The position numbers were made by a program, and so were the translations under genes. From Eledone cirrhosa (lineage: Eukaryota), in the NCBI GenBank assembly GCA_964016885.1, contig OZ024764.1:16802001-16866000 (forward strand): a stretch of 64,000 nucleotides of DNA, given 5' to 3'. The number at the start of each line of letters is the position of its first letter. Position 1 is the stretch's first letter. The notes under the pieces were generated by a model, which worked only from the letters and a program-made list of their open reading frames with translations, did not search any database and was not told the DNA's origin. This document shows positions 1-13,638 of this stretch, piece after piece.

Positions 1-95
1 TAACTTTGCCTTTCATCCTTACAGGGTCGATAAAATAAAGTACCAGTAATACACTGGGATAATTGCTGGCCTTGTACCAAAAGTAAAAATAATTA
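1..95 (+). mobile_element. SINE family A fragment (3' part)
   Basis: GCCTTTCATCCTT..GGGTCGATAAAATAAAGTACCAGTAAT..TTGCTGGCCTTGT recurs at about 1340-1520(-), 5320-5415, 13120-13200, 18385-18465(-), 29150-29320(-), 45640-45800, 48220-48370(-), 52535-52675(-) and 58585-58710(-). Fuller copies carry a B-box-like GAGTTCAAATCC. Confidence 0.75.
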
Positions 96-112
96 TTTCA
101 TTACTAAGATAG

Positions 113-322
113 TAACCCTTTAGCATTTAAACCAGCCATATCCGGCCAAAATTCTCACACCAGCCATAACTGGCTGCTCATACTTATGTTAAGGTATTGT
201 TCTCAAAATAAATAATATTGAAATCTCATAGATATGATATTATGTGAGATAATTACGTGAAATAAAGCCTTTACCATGAAAACAATAGAATATATAGAGT
301 AATGTAAATGCTAAAGGGTTAA
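113..322. mobile_element. piggyBac-like MITE
   Basis: Terminal inverted repeats TAACCCTTTAGCATTTA ... TAAATGCTAAAGGGTTAA, with (T)TAA-CCC...GGG-TTAA ends typical of the piggyBac superfamily. Confidence 0.6.
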
Positions 323-694
323 CATATGGGCCTTATATAAAATTATGTTGGTTTTGTTTCATACAACCAGAGCCAATTTTGGCTAGGTTAGTAGCAAAAG
401 GGTTAACAAAGAGTTTAGAGCTGATACAAAGTTTCATCTGTCAGTTGCCAGGAAGAATATGGCAGCCAAAACAAATCCAAAGACCCAGTATTAGCACGAT
501 GTAACTGTGCTATTTCTTAATAAAATAACTCTGGTAGTTTTTTTTCATTATTGAAAAAAAAAAAAAACATATTTTCAAAATAATAAAAATAAATTCAAAC
601 AAATAAAAAAATAAAAATCTATAAATTTGAATAAAATTTGTTTGAAATTCAATTCTTCAAAATTTTCAGTGAGATGTTTCTTCTTTATACCTTT

Positions 695-840
695 CTTTTG
701 GGCCTTTCTGGTGGCAAAATCCTTCTCATAGTCAATGATCCAGGCCCCAAAATACTTGAAATCCCTGTCGATTGCTTTAATGTTGTTGCCTGTACAGTTT
801 GACATGTACTGTTTTGCCCTTGTTGAGATGAAGGCCAACA
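695..840 (-). mobile_element. LINE (RTE/RTE-X-like) reverse transcriptase C-terminal fragment, inverted
   Basis: Translates across a frameshift as VGLHLNKGKT...IKAIDRDFKYFGAWIIDYEKDFATRKAQ, matching the GLxxNxxKT and FKYLG motifs of non-LTR RT. Confidence 0.65.
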
Positions 841-857
841 AGGGCGGTTGCTTCCTG

Positions 858-996
858 ACCTACACTACTACTACTACCTTGACGGCACCTACACTACTAC
901 TACCTTGATGGCACCTACACTACTACCTTGATGGCACCTACACTACTACTACTACCTTGATGGCACCTACACTACTACCTTGATGGCACCTACACT
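858..996. repeat. 23-29 bp tandem repeat (CACCTACACTACTACCTTGATGG), about 6 copies
   Basis: Direct reading. The unit derives from the LDGTYT codons of the adjoining LINE fragment. Confidence 0.8.
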
Positions 997-1200
997 CGCC
1001 TGCTTCAACACATTCAGAACATAAGCTGGCAACATCTGACTTTGAGAGAGATATATGCCGGCCTTCCACACATATCTGTCGTATGTAAAAGGAGAGTAAG
1101 ATTTGCTGGCCACTGCCATCGTGCCACCTATCAAGCTGTATCCCCATTAGTGCTTTGGAAACCACAAGTAGTCACTAATAACAGGGGACACAAGCTCTCC
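978..1200 (+). mobile_element. LINE (RTE/RTE-X-like) ORF2 thumb/C-terminal fragment
   Basis: LDGTYTRLLQHIQNISWQHLTLREIYAGLPHISVVCKRRVRFAGHCHR...LVLWKP matches the RRLRFAGHCxR region of RTE-type LINEs. Confidence 0.7.
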
Positions 1201-1599
1201 TATCCCAATTAGCTGGCCACTACCAGCATACTTAACAAAGGTTCTTACATTAAATTATGATGGAGGGTTTTTAGATAAATACAAACACTTTAACCCTTTT
1301 GTTACCATGAAAGCAATAATAAAAATGGTTTTTGATTTAAGCAGAAGGCCAGCAATATTGGGGGAGGGGAAAGTCGATTAAATCGACCGCAGTGCGTGAC
1401 TGGTATTTTATCAACCCATGTAAGGATGAAAGGCAAAGTTAACCTCGGCAGGATTTGAACTCAGATCTTAAAGGGACGTAACTCTATGCTGCAAAACATG
1501 GCGTCCGACCCTTCTACTGCCACAGTTCCAATAATAAGAATGATGATGATAATAACAATAATTTATTTGAGAAATGAATATAAAATACGACAGCAAGGA

Positions 1600-1602
1600 A
1601 TG

Positions 1603-1633
<31 letters not shown>

Positions 1634-1650
1634 GTATTGTTATACTTGGG

Positions 1651-1689
<39 letters not shown>

Positions 1690-1859
1690 ATATATATATA
1701 TATACACGTATATATATATATATACACATATATATACATGTATACACACACATACACACATGTATACATACATACATATACCTACATACATACATATATA
1801 TATATACATGTATATATATATATATATATGTATATACATGTATATATATATATATATAT

Positions 1860-1899
<40 letters not shown>

Positions 1900-2178
1900 A
1901 TATATATATATATATATACATGTATATATATATATATATATATACATGTATATATATATACATGTATATATACATGTATATATATATACATGTATATATT
2001 TATACATGTATATATATATTTATACGTGTGTATATATATATATACATGTGTGTGTATATATATTTATACATGTATATATATATATACATGTATATATATA
2101 TATATATATACATGTATATATACATGTATATATATATATATATATACATGCATATATATATATACATGTATATATATT
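1600..2178. repeat. (TA)n/TACATG compound microsatellite
   Basis: Direct reading. Similar blocks at about 12180-12900, 27240-28115, 31540-32085, 55890-58570 and 60770-61465. Confidence 0.95.
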
Positions 2179-2200
2179 GTATCTGTCCAGACTTCATTAT

Positions 2201-2244
2201 TTACTCGGTAGGAGACTGTACAACAATCAGGAGGTAGTCCTTGT
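2201..2244 (-). CDS. DYNLRB: Dynein light chain roadblock, coding exon 4 ((D)[13 protein letters not shown])
   Basis: ttacag acceptor (AG at 2246-2245) and TAA at 2203-2201. Matches the roadblock C-terminus. Confidence 0.92.
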
Positions 2245-2596
2245 CTGTAATAGAGAAGAGAGAGAAGATTTGTTGTTGGTGATGATGATGATGGTGAGTG
2301 TGGCAGAGAGAGACTGAGAGAGATATAGGCAGAGAGAGAGAGAGAGAGTTATCAAACAGAGAGTGTATGTGTGAGAGAGTGAGTGTAGGAGAAAGAGATG
2401 AGAGAGAGAAGAAAACAGTGTATTTGAGAGGAAGAGAAGGAAAGGAAAAGGAGAGAGATAGAAAGAAAAGGAAAGGAAAGGAAAAGGAGAGAGATAGAAA
2501 GAGAAGAAAAGAAAAAGAAAAGAGAAGGAAAGGAAAAGGAGAGAGATAGAAAGAGAAAAAAAGAGAGGAAGAAAAGAAAGTATATGATTCCTTCAC

Positions 2597-2764
2597 CTGG
2601 GGCCACCATTATCTCATGTTTCTTTGACCTGATCCTTAAAAAGGTCAAGTCATTCGAGGGGTCAATGTCCCTGACTGTGCTCCTGGCTTTCGAGGTCAAC
2701 TCCAGAATGAGGCCAGCGTACTGGACTGTCGTAGAATTATCCATGGTGGTTCGGATAGGAATAC
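2597..2764 (-). CDS. DYNLRB: Dynein light chain roadblock, coding exon 3
   Basis: (G)[55 protein letters not shown](D). 168 bp, AG/GT flanked. Confidence 0.96.
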
Positions 2765-2861
2765 CTGGTAAGTAGGGAACAATGATTAGATTGGTGATGA
2801 TGTGGTAGTGGTGGTGTAGTGGTAGTGTAGTGGTGTGGTAGTGGTGGTGATGCTTTTGGTA

Positions 2862-4518
2862 GTTATGGTAGTGAAAGGGTTAATGACATAGACAGTGTCT
2901 TTCATTAGAAATATGGTAATGAAAGGGTTAATGACATAGACAGTGTCTTTCATTAGAAATATGGTAATGGAAGGGTTAATGACATAAACAGTGTCTTTCA
3001 TTAGAAATATGGTAATGAAAGGTTTAATGACATAGGCAGTGTCTTTCACTAGAAATATGGTAATGAAAGGGTTAATGACATAGACAGTGTCTTTCATTAG
3101 AAATATGGTAATGAAAGGGTTAATGACATAGACAGTGTCTTTCATTAGAAATATGGTAATGAAAGGGTTAAAGACATAGACAGTGTCTTTCATTAGAAAT
3201 ATGGTAATGAAAGGGTTAATGACATAGACAGTGTCTTTCATTAGAAATATGGTAATGAAAGTGTTAAAGACATAGACAGTGTCTTTCATTAGAAATATGG
3301 TAATGAAAGGGTTAATGACATAGACAGTGTCTTTCATTAGAAATATGGTAATGAAAGGGTTAATGACATAGACAGTGTCTTTCATTAGAAATATGGTAAT
3401 GAAAGGGTTAAAGACATAGACAGTGTCTTTCATTAGAAATATGGTAATGAAAGGGTTAATGACATAGACAGTGTCTTTCATTAGAAATATGGTAATGAAA
3501 GTGTTAAAGACATAGACAGTGTCTTTCATTAGAAATATGGTAATGAAAGGGTTAATGACATAGACAGTGTCTTTCATTAGAAATATGGTAATGAAAGGGG
3601 TAATGACATAGACAGTGTCTTTCATTAGAAATATGGTAATGAAAGGGTTAATGACATAGACAGTGTCTTTCATTAGAAATATGGTAATGAAAGGGTTAAA
3701 GACATAGACAGTGTCTTTCATTAGAAATATGGTAGTGAAAGGGTTAATGACATAGACAGTGTCTTTCATTAGAAATATGGTAATGAAAGGGTTAATGACA
3801 TAGACAGTGTCTTTCATTAGAAATATGGTAATGAAAGGGTTAAAGACATAGACAGTGTCTTTCATTAGAAATATGGTAATGAAAGGGTTAATGACATAGA
3901 CAGTGTCTTTCATTAGAAATATGGTAATGAAAGGTTTAATGACATAGGCAGTGTCTTTCATTAGAAATATGGTAATGAAAGTGTTAAAGACATAGACAGT
4001 GTCTTTCATTAGAAATATGGTAATGAAAGGGTTAATGACATAGACAGTGTCTTTCATTAGAAATATGGTAATGAAAGGTTTAATGACATAGGCAGTGTCT
4101 TTCATTAGAAATATGGTAATGAAAGGTTTAATGACATAGGCAGTGTCTTTCATTAGAAATATGGTAATGAAAGGGTTAATGACATAGGCAGTGTCTTTCA
4201 TTAGAAATATGGTAATGAAAGGGTTAATGACATAGACAGTGTCTTTCATTAGAAATATGGTAATGAAAGGGTTAATGACATAGACAGTGTCTTTCATTAG
4301 AAATATGGTAATGAAAGGTTTAATGACATAGACAGTGTCTTTCATTAGAAATATGGTAATGAAAGGTTTAATGACATAGGCAGTGTCTTTCACTAGAAAT
4401 ATGGTAGTGAAAGGTTTAATGACATAGGCAGTGTCTTTCATTAGAAATATGGTAATGAAAGGGGTAATGACATAGACAGTGTCTTTCACTAGAAATATGG
4501 TAGTGAAAGGGTTAAAGA
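2862..4518. repeat. 48-bp minisatellite (about 34 copies) in DYNLRB intron 2
   Basis: Unit (minus strand) TTAACCCTTTCATTACCATATTTCTAATGAAAGACACTGTCTATGTCA. The same unit occurs at 34622-34810 (about 4 copies) and as a monomer at about 15506. Confidence 0.95.
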
Positions 4519-4533
4519 GATAACGACCCCTAC

Positions 4534-4609
4534 CTTCCTGATTTATGACAATGATCCCTTGGACTCCCTTGTGGCTTTGAATCCTTTTTAGTGTCTCTTC
4601 CACTTCCGA
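4534..4609 (-). CDS. DYNLRB: Dynein light chain roadblock, coding exon 2
   Basis: SEVEETLKRIQSHKGVQGIIVINQE(G). 76 bp, gacag acceptor, G|gtagg donor. Confidence 0.95.
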
Positions 4610-6589
4610 CTGTCAACAACAACGTAGGCAGACAAATACAAAAGAAAATAGAAAAAAAAGACAAACATTAAAATTTCATTAACATCATCATCATCAACAT
4701 TTAACATGCAGTTTCCCTGCTGGTTAGGGCTGGACAGGTCTACATAAGCCAAGTCAGTACTGAAGCAGGGCCACTGACCTTTCAGACAAGCTGAAAGGTC
4801 TTTTGTCACAAACTGAAGGGTTCTCTCTTGTTTTGCAAGCTTTCTATGGCTGGATGCCCTTCCTAACACATACACATACATACATATATATACATACACA
4901 TACATACATATATACATACATATACATACACATACATACATATATATACACATACATACATACATATATACATACATATATATACACATACATACATATA
5001 TATACATACGTCATCATCATTTAACATCATCTTACCCTGCTAGCAAGGGTTGGACAGGTCTACACAGACCAAGTCAGTACAGAAGCAAGGCTACTGACCT
5101 ACAGGACAGGCTAAGGGGTCTGTATTCCACTTACGTACAGTCATATTGAGTACAGAGAAGTTTTCGTGTCTTGTGATAAAGACTGAAGGGTCCTCCCAAC
5201 TCCATGTTTGGTAGGAAGGGCACCCAGCTGTAGAAACCAAGCCAAAATCTGCCCTGGGTGAGCAAAACAAGGGTCAATCTGTCCAACCCATGAATGATGG
5301 ACATTAATTGTCGAGGTTAGGGTTAGCCTTTCATCCATACGGGGTCGATAAAATAAAGTACCAGTAATGTACTGGGTAAGTGCTGGCCTTGTGCCAAAAG
5401 TAGAAACAATTAATTGTCGAGGTTGATGATATATTTATGTGTGTATATATATGAAGTATGTATGTATATGCATATTACATATATGTCATATGTATATGCA
5501 TGCAAATATATATATATATGTGTATATCATTATCATGATATGTGCATGTATCATCATCATCATCATCATCATTATTTTACGTCCGCTCTTCCCTGCTCAC
5601 AAGGGTGGGACGGGTCTTATTCAGCATCTCTTCACTTGTCACGGTCCCTCGTCATCTCCACCGTGAGTTTCAACGATCTGAGGTCTGTTCTCACCACCTC
5701 CGCCCATATATGTACATATATACATATATATATATGTATGTATATTATACTGGTACCACAAAACATCCAGCCCACACTGTAAAGTGATTGTGTAGGTGTC
5801 ATAACAAAAAGCACCCAGTCCACACTGTAAAGTGGACGTGTAAAAGATACAGCAAAAATAACACCCAGCACACCCTGTCAATGTGGTTGGCGTTAGGACA
5901 GGAATCCAGCCATAGAAAACCAGCCAGAAACTCTCCTATATGAGCGAGACCCGGTCACCCGACCTAACTCGCCCCTAAATGGTACAAACCCGTCTAACCC
6001 ATGCTAGCCTGGAAGATAGACGTTAATCGATGATGACGATGATGATGATAATGACGATTCTTTTTGCAAGGACTTGAAAAATAAACCCCATTTGGTCATT
6101 CCATGAGAGTATCTTGATCAGCCTACCCTCGAATAAACAGGTTCTGTATATATATGTACAAAATACTAGTAGTTTCTCAATTGATATATCCTATTATATA
6201 GAACGTTTAAACCTGTAAAATTCATGCTCTGAGCTTTTTTTTTTTATTGAGAAACATAATCAATATATATTTTATATGTATTGATTAATCTAAATAGAGT
6301 ATGTGTGCGTGTGTATATGTATACATTTATGTATATCTATATATATGTGTGTGTGCACAGAACAATAACATAGAAATCAGGTGTAGATAGATAGTAAGTT
6401 TGGTGTATATATATATATATATATATATACACCAAACTTACCTAAATACAAAGTAAAAACCTACTACAGTCAGTAGGCATCTCTATCAAAACACCCCCCC
6501 GTCCCACCACCTCCACCCCATCCACACCGCCCCTTTCAATGTACAGTTATGTTGGTGCCACAACATCCAGGCCGAAACAAATGTGGTCG

Positions 6590-7070
6590 TGTAGGTGTCA
6601 CGACAAAAAACACACAGTCCACGCTGTAAATGTGGCCGTGTAGGCAACACGGTAAAAACCTCCCAGACCCACACTGTAAATGTGGTTGGTGTTAGGAAGG
6701 GCATCCAGCTGTAGAAAACCCGCCAGACAGTCCACGCTGTAATGTGGCCGTGTAGGCAACACGGTAAAAACCTCCCAGCCCCACACTGTAAATGTGGTTG
6801 GTGTTAGGAAGGGCATCCAGCTGTAGAAAACCCGCCACACAGTCCACGCTGTAATGTGGCCGTGTAGGCAACACGGTAAAAACCTCCCAGTCCCACACTG
6901 TAAATGTGGTTGGTGTTAGGAAGGGCATCCAGCTGTAGAAAACCCGCCACACAGTCCACGCTGTAATGTGGCCGTGTAGGCAACACGGTAAAAACCTCCC
7001 AGCCCCACACTGTAAATGTGGTTGGTGTTAGGAAGGGCATCCAACTGTAGAAAACCCGCCAGACAGTCCT
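6590..7070. repeat. 112-bp tandem repeat (about 4 copies) of a SINE family B segment
   Basis: GTTAGGAAGGGCATCCA at 6691, 6803, 6915 and 7027. The same motif occurs in many dispersed SINE copies. Confidence 0.85.
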
Positions 7071-7577
7071 ATGCGAGCAAGACAATCACTCTTGCCTCAA
7101 GTGGGAAAACCCCCGTCCAAACCCATGCAAGCGTGGAACACGGACGTGAAACCTGATGATGATGATGATGATGATGATGATATATATATATATATATATA
7201 CAGTCAATAGGCTCCTCTTAACCAAACATACACCCCAACCCACTACCCCTACTCCATCCTCCCACTCCCACCAACACCACCCCTTTCTCTATAAAGTTAT
7301 GTTGGTACCACAACATCCAGTCCAAACTAATGCGGTCGTGTAGGTGTCACAACAAAATAACACACAGGCCACGCTGTAATGTGGCCGTGTAGGTACCACG
7401 GTAAAAACCTCCCTGTCCACACTGTAAATGTGGAAGGGCATCCAACTGTAGAAATCAAGCCAGAATCAGTTCCTGTATGAGCAAGACAAGGTCAACCGAC
7501 CAGACACAGCCGTCTAACCCATGCTAGCATGGAAGAATGGACGTAAAACGGTGATGATGATAATATGTATGTATGTA

Positions 7578-7638
<61 letters not shown>

Positions 7639-7720
7639 TATTAAGGATACTATTGTAAGCTAATAAATGGTTTGAACAGAACTTTGATTCATGTGAATTC
7701 TATATATATAAATATATATA

Positions 7721-7773
7721 GAGATTCCTGATGATTTCTAAAGAATGAAACAGTTCTAGTCCTGTAGAATCTC
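7721..7773 (+). ncRNA. Type I hammerhead ribozyme-like motif (Penelope-type)
   Basis: GAGATTC-CTGATGA-TTTCTAAAGAAT-GAAA-CAG..CTG-TA-GAATCTC: stem I 7 bp, intact core, stem III, GUA triplet. Stem II is weak. Confidence 0.55.
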
Positions 7774-8079
7774 ATCTATATTATATAAATATATATATAA
7801 ATACACACACAAATGTGTGTGTATGTATACAATGTATTTATCTAATAAACAACCACAAGCCTCACTGAGGGTATTTCAAGATTTGATCCTGTCACAGTGT
7901 ATTCACTAGCCGTGTGAGAGAATGTCAGACAATAGAGTTTCAAGGTTGTTATCCATCATCAGTGACGTTTTCTCACACGGTACGGCAGACAAGAAGCCAA
8001 ATATCTTTCAAATGAATTTCACGTATGAAACATCTGTTAAGGATGTTTTCATACACACCTTTATCATGACTCACGCTGG

Positions 8080-8159
<80 letters not shown>

Positions 8160-8231
8160 GCCCGGGGTGTGGAAAGATTTGCTTGAGTAAATCTGGTCTT
8201 GCAGGCAGGGCCGTCATAACAGCATTATAGC

Positions 8232-8540
8232 CCTGCTTGCAAGGGTGGGACGGGAACTGATCCTGGCTTGATTTCTACAGCTGGATGCCCTTCCTAACAC
8301 AAACCTCATTTACAGTGAGTGCTGGGTGCTTTTTTTGCCGTGGCACCTCCACGACCACTTTACAGTGGAATGATAGGGACCCCAGTCCTATCATCTCATT
8401 ACTACAGCTGAGTAAACTGGAGCAATGTGAAATAAAGTGTCTTGCTCAAGGAAACAACACATCACCCCGTCTGAGAATTGAACTCACAACCTTTCGATTG
8501 CAAGGAGGCCAATGCTCTAACCATTAAGCCATGTGCCTCC
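8232..8540 (-). mobile_element. tRNA-derived SINE family C
   Basis: Near-identical to the 48737-49080 copy (A/B boxes, CCTTGAGCAAGACACTT core). Confidence 0.8.
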
Positions 8541-8905
8541 ATATGTGTATACATATATATAGTGGTTGTGTAAATATGAGTGTATATCTATCTATCTCTC
8601 TGATGAAAGATCAAGGGAGCACCTGCTCTCTGTGCTCCTGGGGAGAAGGGTTGCACACTTTTTCGGGGGTGTGTGCGACCCCCCAGGGCGCCTGCTCCCT
8701 ACTGAGGATTTTGTTATTGCCTCCTCCTTATTGAGGACGCCTTTTTATGTAAACTCATCCCATTCTACTTGTCCCACTCTTTGACGCCCTGGTGGCAAAT
8801 AAAAAGAAAGTTATCTATCTATCTATCTCTGTATTGTCCCCTTTTCTTGTACGCCCTTGTGGCTAATAAACAAATATATCTATCTCTATATATACACACA
8901 TACAC

Positions 8906-8936
<31 letters not shown>

Positions 8937-9095
8937 GTATGTCTGAAAAATAAGAAAAGATGGTTTCGATCAAAAGTCCGTCTACAGGACAGAACTGACC
9001 TAGGGTTAAATACATCAAACGTTAGCTACAATATATTAACAAACAACAACAAATAGACGATGACAATGGAGAAAAACCGAAAGATGTATCCATAC

Positions 9096-9098
9096 CAT
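9096..9098 (-). CDS. DYNLRB: Dynein light chain roadblock, ATG-only first coding exon
   Basis: aaaacATG|gtatgg. 3+76+168+44=291 nt gives 96 aa plus stop, the same exon layout as vertebrate DYNLRB. Promoter-like sequence lies just upstream. Confidence 0.7.
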
Positions 9099-9179
9099 GT
9101 TTTCTGGGTATATAATATGAAAGGGTGTATATAAATAACTCTATATACGTGTGTATATATGTATATATATGTGTATATA

Positions 9180-9290
9180 CACAAGTTACGCTAGTGACAA
9201 ACCCAGTTGCTACGAGATTCGCTCATGCGCACAACGACCCTCTCGCAGCTGAGTCATACAGAGACAGCAATTTTTATTGTTTCGTATCTA
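9180..9290 (-). promoter_or_regulatory. Putative DYNLRB promoter
   Basis: Local CpG enrichment, NRF-1-like GCTCATGCGC (9221-9230), RFX-half-site-like GTTGCTA and TGAGTCA, all just upstream of the ATG exon. Confidence 0.45.
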
Positions 9291-9419
9291 ACAAGCTTGA
9301 AATATTAATAAAATGTATGAAATGCAACTAGATTTGGCTTTTCTATTTATTGCTTTCCTTTCATTATATATATGTACATCTATCACATTCGCTTCTCTAT
9401 CTCTTAGTATTATTTTTCC

Positions 9420-10260
9420 ATTTTCTACCCCCCTCTCTATATATATAAACATCTCTCACACTCGTTACTTTCTCTCTTAGTATTATCATTTTACTCTCAC
9501 CCCTCTCTATATATATATAAACTTCTCTCACACTCGCTACTCCCTCTCTTAGTATTATCATTTTACTCTCACCGCTCTCTGTATATATTAACTTCTCTCA
9601 CACTCGCTACTCCCTCTCTTAATATTATCATTTTACTCTCGCCCCTCTCTATATATATATTAACTTCTCTCACACTCGCTACTCCCTCTCTATATATATA
9701 TTAACTTCTCTCACACTCGCTACTCCCTCTCTTAGTATTATTATTTTACTCTCACCCCTCTCTATATATATATTAACTTCTCTCACACTCGCTACTCCCT
9801 CTCTTAGTATTATCATTTTATTCTCACCCCTCTCTATATATATATAAACATCTCTCACACTCGCTACTCCCTCTCTTAGTATTATTATTTTACTCTCACC
9901 CCTCTCTATATATATATTAACATCTCACACACTCGCTACTCCCTCTCTTAGTATTATCATTTTACTCTCACCGCTCTCTCTGTATATATTAACATCTCTC
10001 ACACTCGCTACTCCCTCTCTTAGTATTATCATTTTACTCTCACCACTCTCTCTGTATATATTAACTTCTCTCACACTTGCTACTCCCTCTCTTAGTATTA
10101 TTATACTCTCACCCCTCTCTGTATTAACTTCTCTCACACTTGCTACTCCCTCTCTTAGTATTATTATTTTACTCTCACCCATCTCTCTCTATATATTAAC
10201 ATCTCTCACACTTGCTACTCCCTCTCTTAGTATTATCATTTTACTCTCACACTCGCTGCC
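9420..10260. repeat. Degenerate CT-rich minisatellite, about 70 bp unit
   Basis: CTCTCACACTCGCTACTCCCTCTCTTAGTATTATCATTTTACTCTCACC repeated about 11-12 times. Confidence 0.85.
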
Positions 10261-10497
10261 TTCTCTTTCTAAGTATTAATCTTTCTTTCTCACTTAGATC
10301 AAAGGGAGATAATCTACAGAAACAGCCGCCCAACTGATTACCTCCAGATCATGCTAGAAACAGTAGTCAAATAGGTACCTCAAAACACAGAGAAAAGACA
10401 CTGGGAGTTTTTGATATACGTTGTTAGCAGAATATTTTAAACAACTAAATCACTAAAAGTTGTACGGGATTTGGGAATAGACATATGTTTATGTATG

Positions 10498-11099
10498 TCT
10501 ATATATATAAAGTTGTATTTCCTGTCTGTTTGTTTGTTCACGAACTCCTCCTATGGTTTTGGAGATAGACCCCCATAACCATATATATTCTGAAACTACA
10601 TTGTCCAGGGTACATCTTAATCAAAGGGTTACCCAGGGGCACAAACCCTTCGTTTTATATGAAATTTAAACCATAGGTAAATAACAAGATATGATGCCTA
10701 TTCACAAAATTTCAGCAAAAATTTCAATAATATTAAGACACTCTAATGTGGGTTAAATCCCCTATTAGGGTTCCCCGGGGACACAAATCCCCGCTGAACA
10801 TTTATATTTATATAAAATTTAAACCATAGGTAAATGACGAGATATGATGCCTATTCACAAAAGTTTTGAATTGATATTTTGAAAAAAATTATTTACAAGA
10901 AACAAAATAAGAATACGAGTTAATAATGTAATTTAGATTTGATATATTACAAAAAATAATATTTCCCAGTTTTTCATGCATTACATTTTACATTGAGTAA
11001 TATTGAAATGCAGAGGTTTTCTCCATAAATTTTATCACTGATTTAAAATCAATCATTTTCTTACAAAAACAATGTGTGAAACGCAGGTAATTCGGCTAG
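10498..11099 (+). mobile_element. Non-autonomous Helitron-like element
   Basis: 5' TCTATATATATAAAG, a GTCTGTTTGT tract and a 3' CTAG|T end. A second copy lies at 32074-32565. Confidence 0.65.
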
Positions 11100-11589
11100 T
11101 GTATATATATCACCACCATTACCACTACAGCAGAGCAGTAGTTGTAGTGGGTTGGTGTGTATATTTGGTCAAGAGGTGCCTACTGACTGTAGGTTTAACT
11201 TTGTACGTAGAAGGTAAATCCTTCATCTCGGAAGCGACATGCTGTGATATGTTTTCCACCTCCAACTTAGTCCTCTTGGCCATAAACCTCGGTACCACAG
11301 CTCTCAGTGCAGAGGACAGGAAGACAAGCAAATGCTGAAGCTTGTCCGGCTGTTGTTGAGACTTCGGGCATCATCAGACCCTCGAGAGCTGACCTCTTCC
11401 TCTGTAAATCAGATCGATACTTACCCATCTGAAGAAGGAGACCCGTGAGGTGGTGTGGCTGTTGTAGTGTGTGTCACTGGCTATTGTTTGTGGAAATGCC
11501 TTTGTTATTTTGTCTGCGGGGCTCAACTGAAACACTGCCCTAACTTAGGTATAGAATCTGTCACTCTTTCTTTCTTCTTTTGCCTAGTA

Positions 11590-11985
11590 GTCCTTATTGG
11601 GGACCAAATAATCATTTTATTGGGTACCGAATGGCTTTATTGGGGACCAGATGTGTTATTAAGTACCAGATGGTTTTATTGGGTACCAGATGTGTTATTG
11701 AGTCCCAGCTGATGATTTTATTGGGGACCAGATGTGTTGAGTACCAGATATGTTATTGGGTACCAGAAGTGTTATTGGGTTCCAGATGTGTTATTGAGTC
11801 CCAGCTGATGATTTTATTGGGGACCAGATGTGTTATTGGGTACCAGAAGTGTTATTGGGTAACAGATGTGTTATGGGGGACCAGATGTGTTACTGAGTAC
11901 CAGATAATAATTTTATTGGGTACCAGATGTGTTACTAGGTACCAGAAGTGTTATTGGGTACCAGATGTGTTATTGGGTACCCAAT
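11590..11985. repeat. Degenerate minisatellite (TTATTGGGTACCAGATGTG), about 20 bp unit
   Basis: Direct reading. Confidence 0.8.
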
Positions 11986-12207
11986 CTTTAATGAATATAT
12001 TCCATATTGTGGAATACTTTTGGTTACTGAGTGCTGCAGCTGTGCCTTACTGCACCAGCCATCCATCACCCATGAACACAGCCCCGAAATACTCAAGCTC
12101 CCTTTATTCAAAATAAAAACATACCAGATATATTTATGTGAAAATCTTTTATTAAATTATACACCAAAAACTGGCACTCACACATACATACATTATATAT
12201 GTATATA

Positions 12208-12263
<56 letters not shown>

Positions 12264-12455
12264 CATACATATATATATATATACATACATATATATATAT
12301 ATATACATACATATATATATATATATATACATACATATATATATATATATATACATACATATATATATATATATACATACATATATATATATATATACAT
12401 ACATACATATATATATATACATACATATATATATATATATATATACATACATATA

Positions 12456-12496
<41 letters not shown>

Positions 12497-12513
12497 ACAT
12501 ACATATATATATA

Positions 12514-12554
<41 letters not shown>

Positions 12555-12615
12555 ATATATACATATATATACATACATATATATATATATATATATACAT
12601 ATATATACATACATA

Positions 12616-12684
<69 letters not shown>

Positions 12685-12820
12685 TCATCATTGTCGTTTA
12701 AGATGGACGTTAAACGACGATGATGATGATGATATATATATATGTATATATATATATATATCTATGTATATATATATGTATATATATACATATGCATATA
12801 TATATATATATATACAAATT

Positions 12821-12872
<52 letters not shown>

Positions 12873-13259
12873 TATATATATAAATATCTATATATATCCA
12901 TATATGCCCTAATTAATTAAATTATATAGCAAGTACACACATACATGTACACACAGAATAGATATAAATTCATGTAGACATATTGGCATGTCCAACCTCC
13001 TGAGATGCTTCAATGTGTAGTTAGGGGGTGAAAGACATGTAACACTGCCTGATGCCCTAAGTTTAATGGAGAAGTATGTCAAGTGAAATAATCGTACTAG
13101 TTTATGTATTAATAATATCCTTACGGGGTCGATAAAATAAAGGACCAGTAATGAACTGGGTAATTGCTGGCCTTGTGCCTAAAGTAGAAACAAATAATAA
13201 AATGTAATTTCTATTATTCATTTTCTTCAATGAATTATATATATATATGTGTATGTATG

Positions 13260-13293
<34 letters not shown>

Positions 13294-13418
13294 TATATAT
13301 ATATATAAATATATGTATGTATGTATGAATGTATATATATATATATAATATATATATAAATAAATATATATATATATAAATAAATATATGTATATATAAA
13401 TAAATATATGTATGTATG

Positions 13419-13487
<69 letters not shown>

Positions 13488-13596
13488 ATATATAAATATA
13501 TATATTTCATTGAAGAAAATGAATGACAGAAATAACGTTAAGGGTGAAAGCAGCGATTCTTTGCTTAAACTTTAATCTGTTATTTTAATAAATATA

Positions 13597-13638
<42 letters not shown>

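Noticed and set aside
1468-2317. Many YI/IY/HT-rich ORFs (also at 12-13 kb, 27-29 kb and 55-61 kb)
   Set aside because: Translations of (TA)n/(TACA)n microsatellites, open on both strands.
2786-4603. 605-aa ORF as a real repeat protein
   Set aside because: Only the first 24 or so codons are DYNLRB exon 2. A canonical donor follows and the rest is intronic minisatellite.
11125-11430. Possible extra coding exon or HECT-like fragment downstream of TDG
   Set aside because: No recognisable motif and interrupted frames. It could be UTR or decayed repeat.
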